64,000 nucleotides of DNA from Wickerhamiella versatilis (Eukaryota), in the NCBI GenBank assembly GCA_030867685.1, contig JAQOWU010000007.1:930001-994000 (forward strand), in the 5' to 3' direction. Position 1 is the first letter of the stretch. Every line of letters starts with the position of its first letter. The notes beneath the pieces are model-generated. The model searched no databases. It saw only the letters and a program-made list of their open reading frames with translations, and had not been told where the DNA came from. The translations under genes and the position numbers were made by a program. Below are positions 30,332-39,593 of the stretch, piece by piece.

Positions 30332-33127
30332 ATGGAAGCTGTGCTACCCGAGTTGAGGAGCCATGTTGAGGATTTGGTATACGAAGTGGGCTCAGTCGAC
30401 GAGGTAGAGGATATTGGGAAATACAAAGTGGGCGAAAATGCACACCATGCACTGCATCAACTTCGAATGTGGATTATGCTCCAAGACGCCCCTACGCAAG
30501 ACCCAGACGAGGAGGACGAGGAGATGGAGAAGAGGCGAGATATAGGAAGGTCAGTATGCCGTGTAATTGCAGATACAACGTTCGTTACAGCTGATCTGCC
30601 GGAAATTTTGAGCCAATGGGAACGCGGGGCTGGCGAGGGCATGGACGAGTCGATTGTACGTGCCGCGCTAGATCTTTTAATTCCACTCACGCGCCCCATA
30701 TATACAACGCCACCTTCGCGTACAGCTTATGCCGCCACAATGAATAGGGTACAGAGAAGATACAAGCGGGCAATTCTTACCCATCCACAGCATAATGTAC
30801 TTACAGCGACTTTTCGCCTAGCACTTGGCTCTATGCAGAAGCAGCCAAAGGAACGAACCCCAGACGATGAATGGACTATTGCATTGCCACTGCTTCTTAT
30901 CCGAAACTTGCTCTCGATCGACGACGATGGCGGGGAGGCTGAAGACTTAGGAAGGGCAGATACGGTTCTCGAGCTTGCTCGTCAAAATGCATTAGAATTT
31001 CTCACTGTCATAGCGGCGGGACTGGACAACAACTTCAGGCACCATGAGACCATGCTACTAGAGTGCCTGTACCATCTTCTCCAAAATGTTGATGCAGACC
31101 GCCTCTTTAGTCCCCTCTCGGAGACAGAGAAGTTGAATCACGACCTGGGAGAGATGCTGAAGGTCGAGAAGGCAATGAACAGTGCTCGATTCCAGCCAAC
31201 GAGGCATTCGCGGTTTGGCACCTTGATTTCACTTCGCACGTCAGAAAATACTAAAATGTCCGTCTCAGGCCAACGAGGCATCGCCGGTGATGCTGTTCAA
31301 ACCATGCAGTATGTCGATGAACAAAAGAAGTGGCACCGTCCGAGGCAACGACGCAGGCTCGAGCATCAGCCTTGGTCGGCAGTGGTATCCCTTGGTCCAG
31401 AGGCTGGTCCTGTCGTTCAGAAGTGGGCTACTCGCTTCCTTGATGCTGCGTTTAATCCATGCTTCAAGCGATTCAGGAAAATATTTGATGACGACATCCC
31501 TGGTAGCGAGCGTCATCCCAATTATACCGAACACCAGATGTATTATTCTTATTTAGTGGGATGGTTTTTGAGGGCTGAACTACGTCGTGGAAGGATAGAC
31601 TTCGCATTGATTGGTGAGGCAATCTTGCCCGAATCATTTGACACTATGTTTGGCCTTCTTTGCAAAGGTCGGGAAAAGGGGGCAGATCAAAACAATGACC
31701 TCGTGCAGGCCGCAATGATGGGCCTCCGTCAAATGCTTTTAGCTGTTTGGATGATGGGAAGAGCACCAAGCCAACAACTGAAAGACACCGCAACAGGTAT
31801 AAGAGCCCGCATATTTTACAGAGAGATCTGGCTAGACGTACTGGCACGAATACCGCGTGATGCCGCTAAACATACTCTAGCATATGCATGCGAGTGCATC
31901 AGCCTAACTCACATTCTGCTCAAAATGTTGGATGAATATTCGGGCCAGCATAACTATCTTTTCGTGAAGGCCCAACGTAAGAAGAGGGGAGAGCCCGAAA
32001 ATGACGACGACGTTAAAGATTATCAAGAAGCAGCCCGAGTCACTGAAGAGCGAAAGATTGAGTTAAACAAGTACATTCGCCGATTTATACATGAAGATGT
32101 TTTAGATGTTTATGAGAAAGTACTTGAGAATTTCCGGGACGCCTCGTCAGAGTCGTTGCGCCACGTTCTTTCCTTTTTCCATCGCACGTTCATTAAATTG
32201 GGGGAGCATGTCTTATTTTGGCGACTATCGCTTATGCGCACGCTACTACAGGTCTGCAGTGCGCGTACAGGGCTTGATGATACCGATCTAAGGCGCCAAT
32301 ACGACAAATTCCTTGCCTACTTCTATTCAAAATTCCGGAAAGCGCTGGCTCGCTCTCCTGTGCTGCTCATTGAGGTGCTATTTGAAAAGCAACCTTACGA
32401 AATGAGATATCTTGAAACAGGTGAGGCGCCTTCAGGCACCAAGGAACAGACAAACTATGCACAGCATGAATATGAGTTCAACCAGGATCTTCCGGTAGAT
32501 CGTCGTATGGCCATAGTCGTCGGAGCCCTACTTGCTCGGGACAAGGGCGAATGGTGCCAGTGGGCGCAGGATACCCTGGCTGCCCAGGCTGAATTGCCCG
32601 AAGAACAGATAACGAAAACGCGTGTGTTAACGCACGACCGCAAGTGGCTCCGTTTGATAGCCGGGGATGCTATGTTCAGGCTTCTGCTGAGTAGCGCGGG
32701 AATCGTTTTTGCCGACAAGCCATTGGTGCCCGGGTCCCTAGAGCCGGTTAATTTGATTGAAGCGGCAGAGGCTATGCATGAGGCACGGGCCTTTGGCAAG
32801 GCGGTCGATGGAGATACAGCTTTGGACTATATAAGAATAGCTGGTACCCACTATCCAGATTCCGAGGCTGAGGAAAGTGCAGGAGAAGAGGAGAACCAGG
32901 GATTTAACGATCCTCGACTTCAAGCAGTTCCAGGCGCGCAGAATCGGCAGCAAAAGAGTCGCAAAAGAACCAAGAAGGTCGCTCCGGAGCCCAGGCAGGA
33001 CACTGCAGAGAGCGATTCGTCCGAAAATTTGTTTGTTGATGATGATCCCGTAACCTCCCCGCCGCCCATGGCAAAACAGGACGAGCCAATAAAACGCAGG
33101 AAATTATTCGTGGACGATTCTGATTGA
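30332..33127 (+). CDS. TOF1: Replication fork protection protein Tof1/Timeless/Swi1
   Basis: YKVGE.A...L, DLPEIL, LIPLTRP, LIRNLLSI, TRHSRFGTLI; two MCB sites immediately upstream. Confidence 0.9.
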   Translation: MEAVLPELRSHVEDLVYEVGSVDEVEDIGKYKVGENAHHALHQLRMWIMLQDAPTQDPDEEDEEMEKRRDIGRSVCRVIADTTFVTADLPEILSQWERGAGEGMDESIVRAALDLLIPLTRPIYTTPPSRTAYAATMNRVQRRYKRAILTHPQHNVLTATFRLALGSMQKQPKERTPDDEWTIALPLLLIRNLLSIDDDGGEAEDLGRADTVLELARQNALEFLTVIAAGLDNNFRHHETMLLECLYHLLQNVDADRLFSPLSETEKLNHDLGEMLKVEKAMNSARFQPTRHSRFGTLISLRTSENTKMSVSGQRGIAGDAVQTMQYVDEQKKWHRPRQRRRLEHQPWSAVVSLGPEAGPVVQKWATRFLDAAFNPCFKRFRKIFDDDIPGSERHPNYTEHQMYYSYLVGWFLRAELRRGRIDFALIGEAILPESFDTMFGLLCKGREKGADQNNDLVQAAMMGLRQMLLAVWMMGRAPSQQLKDTATGIRARIFYREIWLDVLARIPRDAAKHTLAYACECISLTHILLKMLDEYSGQHNYLFVKAQRKKRGEPENDDDVKDYQEAARVTEERKIELNKYIRRFIHEDVLDVYEKVLENFRDASSESLRHVLSFFHRTFIKLGEHVLFWRLSLMRTLLQVCSARTGLDDTDLRRQYDKFLAYFYSKFRKALARSPVLLIEVLFEKQPYEMRYLETGEAPSGTKEQTNYAQHEYEFNQDLPVDRRMAIVVGALLARDKGEWCQWAQDTLAAQAELPEEQITKTRVLTHDRKWLRLIAGDAMFRLLLSSAGIVFADKPLVPGSLEPVNLIEAAEAMHEARAFGKAVDGDTALDYIRIAGTHYPDSEAEESAGEEENQGFNDPRLQAVPGAQNRQQKSRKRTKKVAPEPRQDTAESDSSENLFVDDDPVTSPPPMAKQDEPIKRRKLFVDDSD

Positions 33128-33209
33128 ACCTCTAAATTTATTTTTTCTTCTCTCTAGAATATAGCTTTGTACAAGCATAATGCAACTAATCTCCAATGTT
33201 CATTTTAAG

Positions 33210-33491
33210 TTAAAACCGATGCCTTGTGGTCTCCAAGGGCGGTGCAGATATTTTACTCCAGTCAATCTGCTCATTAAGCGCATTGTCGACCAAACCAATG
33301 CATGCTACAAGCTCCCCGCGAACAACCAGCAGGCCCCTTGGCTCATCGCCTCCCGGTAGCTTTCTTTCTAGGGATTCACGTAACACGAGATTAGTAGAAT
33401 GATCAAACCCATCAAGCACACCCACAAAATATTCGCCACTCGTTGTGATGAGAGCAACCCGCCTATTTAGAAAGGATGCTAAGCTTGACAT
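33210..33491 (-). CDS. LSM8: U6 snRNA-associated Sm-like protein
   Basis: MSSLASFLNRRV.LIT..G..FVG.LDGFD...NLVL, GLLVVRGELV..IGLVD...IDWSKI.APPL. Confidence 0.9.
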   Translation of the reverse strand: MSSLASFLNRRVALITTSGEYFVGVLDGFDHSTNLVLRESLERKLPGGDEPRGLLVVRGELVACIGLVDNALNEQIDWSKISAPPLETTRHRF

Positions 33492-33530
33492 GGCATTGCG
33501 AAGAGTGACAAGGTGATGGTGACGTAATCA

Positions 33531-34931
33531 CTAACCACAGTGGGAAGCCTCTGTACCCTTTATCAATGCCATGAGTGATTGTATTGTAGAAATAGTCATA
33601 ACCAGCACGCCAAATACAATAGAAACGTAACATGCCACCTTTTGTGCAGACCATGGACTGCGGACTGACAGCCGAAGGTAGCACATCGGCGGCAGAATGT
33701 AAGCCATACAACTTGCTGAAGACGCACCAACGAGCTCCAAAATAACGCCTAAGTTACAGGTGAACAATGAAACGCTCATTGCTAACACAATCAGGACGGT
33801 GGTCACGAAAGCATGAATGCGGGTCGACACGCGGCGATCTGGCCAAATATACTCCTGCAGCACCTCGCGACAAACAAAGATCTCGAGCGGGAGCGTCGTC
33901 ACCATATTAAACCCGAAACAAAAGCGGGCTATATTCGCCATCACATCCCCTGAGGGGAAGTTGTTGAGAATATTGCCCAGCGTCTTGTTCTTAAAACTAA
34001 GAAATCCCGCCAATCCCAGAACCATGCAGGCTACCATTGATACACCAGTACTCCAATGAGTGACCACAGCGAATCGATCGGTAGACGGCGTTTTCAAGGA
34101 GTCATAAATCAGCAGCGAGTTGTGGTGACAGACAAACGCGAAGGAGATCACACTTACTGCTTGGAAGAATCCTGTATTGATTGTCCACAATGGCAGAGAC
34201 ATATGCGCATCACTAGGACTCAAGGCAGGGCCCCTAATCGCCACAGTTAAGGTAATCACCACCATTGACACCAAGGCCAGTGCACTGGCTTTCGCCAATG
34301 CGGCAATATTGCGGTTCAAGGCCAACGGATAAGAGATCCCGAGGACAAACAGAACTATTACTGGCCGTCGAAGCGTAAGCCAGCCTAAGACAGGAATTCC
34401 TTGAAGCTTTGGGAATAGAGCACGTAAAACATGGGGAACCGTATCACCTATGATCACACAGAACGCCATGGATCCGCCAAATGCAAAGCAGCCCTGAGCG
34501 AGGCTTACAATGATAAGTCCAGGCTTGCCAAAGCAACTGTACACCGTCTGTTGATATGTTCGCGTCGAGCTTAGCTTTGAATTAGTGACCATCAGCCGAA
34601 TGGTCCAATCAATGACAACGGTGAGTACCAAAAGAAGTAGTATACCAGCAATAAGCCCAGCTTGACGGATGGCATAGCACTGTCCTATGATTCCGGCACC
34701 AATAATAGAGTTTGCCATGTTCATAAAAGCCATGTAGAGGTTAGACTTCCCATGCTGCTCCACGAGTCCAACCAGCTGGGACGCAGGCTGGCCAAGAAGA
34801 CCAATACCCTCATTTTGCCGCACACTGTCAAGACTCAGAGTTGAAAGACTGCCGAGAGAATAGTTGTCATCGTTGTTATCTTCTTCCTCACTTCCCCGCG
34901 AAGGAGGCCCGTCATCCATCACGTCGTTCAT
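33531..34931 (-). CDS. AVT2: Vacuolar amino acid transporter (SLC38A11-like)
   Basis: MAFMNMANSIIGAGIIGQ, ISFAFVCHHNS, PLEIFVCREV. Confidence 0.9.
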   Translation of the reverse strand: MNDVMDDGPPSRGSEEEDNNDDNYSLGSLSTLSLDSVRQNEGIGLLGQPASQLVGLVEQHGKSNLYMAFMNMANSIIGAGIIGQCYAIRQAGLIAGILLLLVLTVVIDWTIRLMVTNSKLSSTRTYQQTVYSCFGKPGLIIVSLAQGCFAFGGSMAFCVIIGDTVPHVLRALFPKLQGIPVLGWLTLRRPVIVLFVLGISYPLALNRNIAALAKASALALVSMVVITLTVAIRGPALSPSDAHMSLPLWTINTGFFQAVSVISFAFVCHHNSLLIYDSLKTPSTDRFAVVTHWSTGVSMVACMVLGLAGFLSFKNKTLGNILNNFPSGDVMANIARFCFGFNMVTTLPLEIFVCREVLQEYIWPDRRVSTRIHAFVTTVLIVLAMSVSLFTCNLGVILELVGASSASCMAYILPPMCYLRLSVRSPWSAQKVACYVSIVFGVLVMTISTIQSLMALIKGTEASHCG

Positions 34932-34945
34932 CACTACCCTAACCT

Positions 34946-35755
34946 CTAGTTATTTAAATCGCTACCGAATTTCACTACATTTCGGTCAAAATCCAACACT
35001 GCAACCTTGTCAAACACCAGATTATTGCTATACAAGTCATATACCGGCATATACTGGTCCACAAATTTGTTGACCTGGTCGTCACTCATTCCTTGGCCCT
35101 TCTGGGCAATCAGGTTATGCTCTTGTTGGCGACGCCAGGCATATACAAAGTCGAGGTCCTTTGGCTTTATGTAGAAAAGTGCATCCAGTGTATCCCATAT
35201 CTTGGAGAAATCTTCTAATCGTGTATCAACCTCGTAAAGGTCCTCCAGGCTATAAAGTTGGGTGTGGTCAGAAGCGGTCTCGCGGTGCTCACGCACTCTG
35301 GACGACCCGAGGGCTCGGAACCCGGTAAACCAGCCCTCGAAAAAAATAACTTCTAGACCGGGTGGTAATTGATGCATATCCACGCGATCACCAGCTCCAG
35401 AATGCTTTGCTTTATCATAAACAGGGACCTGGGGATTCCCGCCTTGTTTCAAATCCACCAGGGTTTCATACATTAGCGGGGTATCATGAGTCCCTGGAAG
35501 TCCTCTTTTCTGTAGGAGTCTGTTGCCTCTAGCAGCAATTGCATTCTGCTCTTGGTTTGTGACATAGAAGTCGTCCACTGAGAGAGCTATTGCCTTAATT
35601 CCCTCTCCACCCAGTATTTCGGCAGCAAGTTGTGTGCAATAGGTTTTACCCGAGCCTTGACACCCACTTACTCCCAATAATATAGGACGACCTTGATGGG
35701 CTGCTTTTGCTTTATGGGCAAGTTTCACTAGCTCTTCGACCACTCTGGGAGTCAT
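34946..35755 (-). CDS. TDA10: P-loop kinase Tda10 (glycerate kinase-like)
   Basis: GVSGCQGSGKT, LSVDDFY, RGLPGTHD, PVYDK...GAGDR, FEGWF.GF, VYAWRRQQE. Confidence 0.9.
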   Translation of the reverse strand: MTPRVVEELVKLAHKAKAAHQGRPILLGVSGCQGSGKTYCTQLAAEILGGEGIKAIALSVDDFYVTNQEQNAIAARGNRLLQKRGLPGTHDTPLMYETLVDLKQGGNPQVPVYDKAKHSGAGDRVDMHQLPPGLEVIFFEGWFTGFRALGSSRVREHRETASDHTQLYSLEDLYEVDTRLEDFSKIWDTLDALFYIKPKDLDFVYAWRRQQEHNLIAQKGQGMSDDQVNKFVDQYMPVYDLYSNNLVFDKVAVLDFDRNVVKFGSDLNN

Positions 35756-36071
35756 GATTAAAAGGAGGGAGTGTGGGGTTTGGGGAAGTCACTCGGTGAG
35801 ACCGGCAAGGATAAATCAGCCAATCTTAGAGTGGCCGGTACATAGATCAGCTGCCTTAAAACTAGCCATTTAATTGACCAACTAGCTGGCTAGCTAGCGG
35901 AGTGTATGGAAAACTAGAAACCTCGAGTTTATTTTTTTTTAACTAATTGGGCTGCAACGTCTCCCGTCAGGTTCAGTCTCAAATAGTTGATGTTGTGATG
36001 AGCAACGCGTAATTTCATAAATTTGACAGAGTTCGGCAGCTATATACAAAATAATGGCAAAGTGCTGCTGC

Positions 36072-36845
36072 CTACAAGGCCTTTTTATCCTTAAGAGCCT
36101 GAACGAACTCCTTAGTATCCTTGACAATTTTTCCAGGTGGACGCACAGGCGGCTCGTTGACCTCGAGGGTCTTTACTCGAGGTGCTATATCAACGCCGAG
36201 GGAGCCAATCTCCAGAACCTCAATGGGCTTCTTCTTGGCCTTCATGATGTTTGGCAGTTTAGGATAGCGAGGCTCATTGAGCCGGAGGTCGCTGGTGATA
36301 ATCATTGGAAGCTGAGCCTTGACCGTCTCACTACCTCCATCCACCTCCTTTGTTACCAGCACGGTGCCGTCCTCAGCCACTTCAACCTTAGATGCGGCAA
36401 TAGCCTGCGGCCACCCTAGAAGCCCAGCAAGAATTTGACCCGTTTGGTTCGAGTCATCATCAATGGCCTGCTTCCCCAGGAAGACAAGATTAGCATCTGA
36501 GTCCTTCGTGACCTTTTCCAGGATTTTGGCAACCGCGAGGGGCTCGGGTTCCGGGCCCTCAGAATACTCCACAAGGGTGGCTGAGTCTGCTCCCTTGGCC
36601 AGTGCCGTTCGCAAAATATCCTGAGCCTTCTTGGGGCCTATACTCACTGCATGGATCCGCTCCACCAGTTTAGCCTGGTGCTCGCGTAGTCTCACGGACT
36701 CCTCGAGGGCGATATCACAAAACGGATTCATAGAGTACTTGACACCAACTGTCTCAACACCTGTTTTAGCGGCATTCACTCGAGGGCGAATGGCACTATC
36801 GATCACCCGCTTAACCGGGACCAGGATCCGAAGCCGCGTGGACAT
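36072..36845 (-). CDS. CIR1: Electron transfer flavoprotein beta subunit
   Basis: [43 protein letters not shown]. Confidence 0.96.
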   Translation of the reverse strand: MSTRLRILVPVKRVIDSAIRPRVNAAKTGVETVGVKYSMNPFCDIALEESVRLREHQAKLVERIHAVSIGPKKAQDILRTALAKGADSATLVEYSEGPEPEPLAVAKILEKVTKDSDANLVFLGKQAIDDDSNQTGQILAGLLGWPQAIAASKVEVAEDGTVLVTKEVDGGSETVKAQLPMIITSDLRLNEPRYPKLPNIMKAKKKPIEVLEIGSLGVDIAPRVKTLEVNEPPVRPPGKIVKDTKEFVQALKDKKAL

Positions 36846-36966
36846 TGAATAGGCTGACTTATTGCTGACTCAAAATTATTCGGGGCACTGGGTGCAAGCG
36901 CGCAAAACCACACAAGAATAAATTGCAGTTATAACAAATACATTTACCTGTAAAATCGACATATTG

Positions 36967-37278
36967 ATGGATGCAGCTACATATGTACTTCTGGAGGAGT
37001 TAGAGAGGGTGAAGGGCGAAAACAAGCAAAAGAGGATCCGCCTAGCCCAGTTGAAGGATGAATACGAGAAGGAATTACACAGAGCTTGGCTATTAGAAAA
37101 AGAACATAATGACTGGATCGCAAACAAAATGCATCATCTAAATATGTTGAGGGGTCTGCCGGATGCGATTCAACACGCCCCTCTGGCTTCGGCCCAGGAA
37201 ACGCTACCTGCGTCGTGTGACGGGGAGCTCACCTCTTCGAGTATATATACGGATGCAGACCAGTCTGCATGTGCATAG
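36967..37278 (+). CDS. Small coiled-coil protein of unknown function
   Basis: 103-aa ORF head-to-head with CIR1, helical charged composition; no family recognised. Confidence 0.5.
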   Translation: MDAATYVLLEELERVKGENKQKRIRLAQLKDEYEKELHRAWLLEKEHNDWIANKMHHLNMLRGLPDAIQHAPLASAQETLPASCDGELTSSSIYTDADQSACA

Positions 37279-37584
37279 GCATATATCAGCAATCCATGTA
37301 TTTTTAAGCACATTGTGATCTAGCAGTCCTTTTCTGGACCCACCAGTCGCGATTTTAGGGGATACTGGGCTAAAATTCCGAGGTCAAACATTTCGAGGAA
37401 AAACATAAGAGGAGCATCGCTCCGCACCCGCTTTTCTTTGTTGTCGCCATGACGAGTAGTTTCTGCACTGGGTTTGAATAGGGCAAGGTTATTTCCTGAT
37501 CAAGCTATACATTATGCGAAACAACGTTTTTCATAGATAAGGGATACATACAAGAATGAGACAGTTTCCCAAGCACCCTTAGGT

Positions 37585-38769
37585 ATGATTGGTTTTCTGT
37601 TTGCTCTGCTTGGGGCAGTAAATGCTTCCAGTGCGATAAGGCACAAGCGAAGTATGGGTCTCGAACGGCGCTATACACCAGAGATGCCGGACGGCGACAT
37701 AACTGTTTTCAAGTGTGCAGAGACCTACAAGCCAAAGGTTCTCGTGGTGAGTCTATTTGAGCCTGAGTTGGAGGTATGGCACGAAAATTTAGACTTTGTT
37801 CATAATATTACCGTGCCTGGGCTGTCTCCGTTGTTCCCTCATGTTTACTGCACCGAGGACTACGAGATATGCAACGTTGCCACAGGGGAGGGCGAAGTTA
37901 ATGCTGCCACCACTATGATGTCGGTGGCTACCTACCCCAAATTTGATTTATCTCAGACTTACATTCTAACCGCAGGTATTGCTGGCTGTAGCCCCTATGA
38001 AGGGTCGCTAGGATCGGCAAGTTTCTCAAGGTTTACTGTTCAGGTTGCATTGGAGTACGAAATTGACTCTCGCGAGATGCCTGAAAACTGGACCACCGGT
38101 TACTTCGCATACGGAACTGATGGCCCAGGCATGTACCCAGGAAATTGGTACGGCACTGAGGTATTCGAGTTCAATGAGGCTCTACGGGATAGAGCCGCAG
38201 AACTAGCATCTTCTGCGACACTAAATGATACCGATTCTATGAAGGAATTCCGAGTGCAATATAATAGCTCTGAAGCTAAAAAGGCACCCGGTATCCTCAA
38301 GTGTGATGTGGCCACATCTGACGTTTATTATACCGGCCCAATCCTTTCCTCAGCCTTTTCAAATGTGACCAGTATGCTCACCAATGGCACAGGTGTCTAC
38401 TGTATGTCTGCCCAAGAAGATTCTGGTATTGCAGAGGCTGTGCTCCGGGCTGCCAGGTTTGGTCTTGTGGACTACTCGCGACTTGTGGTAATGAGAACCT
38501 GTTCAGATTATGACCAGGGTCCTCCCGGTATGGGCGCAGCAGAGTATTTCACACAGAGTGATCAAGGTTCTGCATTCCCAGCAGCAATCAGTAATATTTG
38601 GAATGCGGGTTCGCCATTCGTGTTGGATGTTGTTAAAAACTGGGATAACCTCTATGCAAACAACACATTCAAGCCCGAGAATTACGTGGGCGACGTTTTT
38701 GGGTACTTAGGTGGGGAGCCTGACTTTGGAATTGGATCCTATTATCACGTTGAATATGTGGCAGCTTAG
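37585..38769 (+). CDS. Purine nucleoside permease (NUP family), secreted/surface
   Basis: Signal peptide; PKVLVVSLFEPE..W, NITVPGLSPLFP, TGEGEVNAA, YEIDSREMP, AQED, RTCSDYD. Confidence 0.88.
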   Translation: MIGFLFALLGAVNASSAIRHKRSMGLERRYTPEMPDGDITVFKCAETYKPKVLVVSLFEPELEVWHENLDFVHNITVPGLSPLFPHVYCTEDYEICNVATGEGEVNAATTMMSVATYPKFDLSQTYILTAGIAGCSPYEGSLGSASFSRFTVQVALEYEIDSREMPENWTTGYFAYGTDGPGMYPGNWYGTEVFEFNEALRDRAAELASSATLNDTDSMKEFRVQYNSSEAKKAPGILKCDVATSDVYYTGPILSSAFSNVTSMLTNGTGVYCMSAQEDSGIAEAVLRAARFGLVDYSRLVVMRTCSDYDQGPPGMGAAEYFTQSDQGSAFPAAISNIWNAGSPFVLDVVKNWDNLYANNTFKPENYVGDVFGYLGGEPDFGIGSYYHVEYVAA

Positions 38770-38927
38770 CTTAACTTATCCCAGCCCAGCGTAACCCAGC
38801 GCGGTCTAGTTTAGCTTAATTCGTATACCACAATAATGTCAATTTTCAACAGAAATATTTCAATAAATTTGTAATGCTCCACGTGTGACAATATAACTTC
38901 TCCATAGATAACATTCGGTATGCCGAA

Positions 38928-39012
38928 TTTCCTAAATGGGAACGCCTAATGGCAGTCCTAACTCTAATGTGAATATCAGGGGGTGGATTAATAACACAAT
39001 TTCCTGTTTAGG
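38928..39012. promoter_or_regulatory. Two Mcm1/MADS-like CC(N6)GG sites with an adjacent HMG-type ACAAT, upstream of the CAAX ORF
   Basis: TTTCCTAAATGGGAA (38928-38942); ACAAT-TTCCTGTTTAGG (38996-39012). Confidence 0.5.
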
Positions 39013-39304
39013 TGCCTCTATTGACGGCTGAAATAGGCAGCGGTAGAATTAATTTGGGTCTTTAAATGCATAATTCGAGTTTTAATTTGCAAAAAAACAT
39101 ATTTGATTATTGTATAAGTCTTGCTATCGATCTAAATAATGAAATTATGCACATTGTGACGACCGACTCTGCCTGGATCTCGTGAGCAAAACCACCATAT
39201 AGCACACCCTTGCCCGAAATATAGCTATTTAAACACACAATAATTCCCACAGAAACCATCATCAACACCTTTTAACACTCACCAACACTCACCTCTATTT
39301 GCCA

Positions 39305-39454
39305 ATGCGTTCTGCTCCTACTCACAACGTTATCTCCGAATCTAACCCCTCTGGATATAAGCCGGAAGCTGCCCCTGCTGTTGAGAATGCCCCTGGTCCC
39401 GAGGTGGAACAGCCTAAGGATGAGTATTACAACAACTACTGCACCATCTGTTAG
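39305..39454 (+). CDS. Putative a-factor-type lipopeptide pheromone precursor (49 aa)
   Basis: MRSAPTHNVISESNPSGYKPEAAPAVENAPGPEVEQPKDEYYNNYCTIC*; terminal CAAX, KDE|Y like KDN|Y of Mfa1, TATTTAAA and A/C-rich leader upstream. Confidence 0.8.
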   Translation: MRSAPTHNVISESNPSGYKPEAAPAVENAPGPEVEQPKDEYYNNYCTIC

Positions 39455-39593
39455 GTCGCTGCTTCCATAGAAGCCTACATTAGTTAGATTTAGATTTAGA
39501 ATTATAACCCTTATTTTGTATCACTCACAAATGCTTGGATATATTTCTTATATTCTATTATACTGTGAATATTGAACTCATGGAAAAAATAAT

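Noticed and set aside
33210-38769. Horizontally acquired bacterial operon
   Set aside because: Despite tight spacing, the recognised proteins look fungal and no Shine-Dalgarno pattern is evident
38912-38932. GGAAATTCGG on the minus strand resembling RNase P CR-I
   Set aside because: Only a local ATTCGG/CCGAAT hairpin; no distal CR-V or P1 helix, and it overlaps the Mcm1-like site
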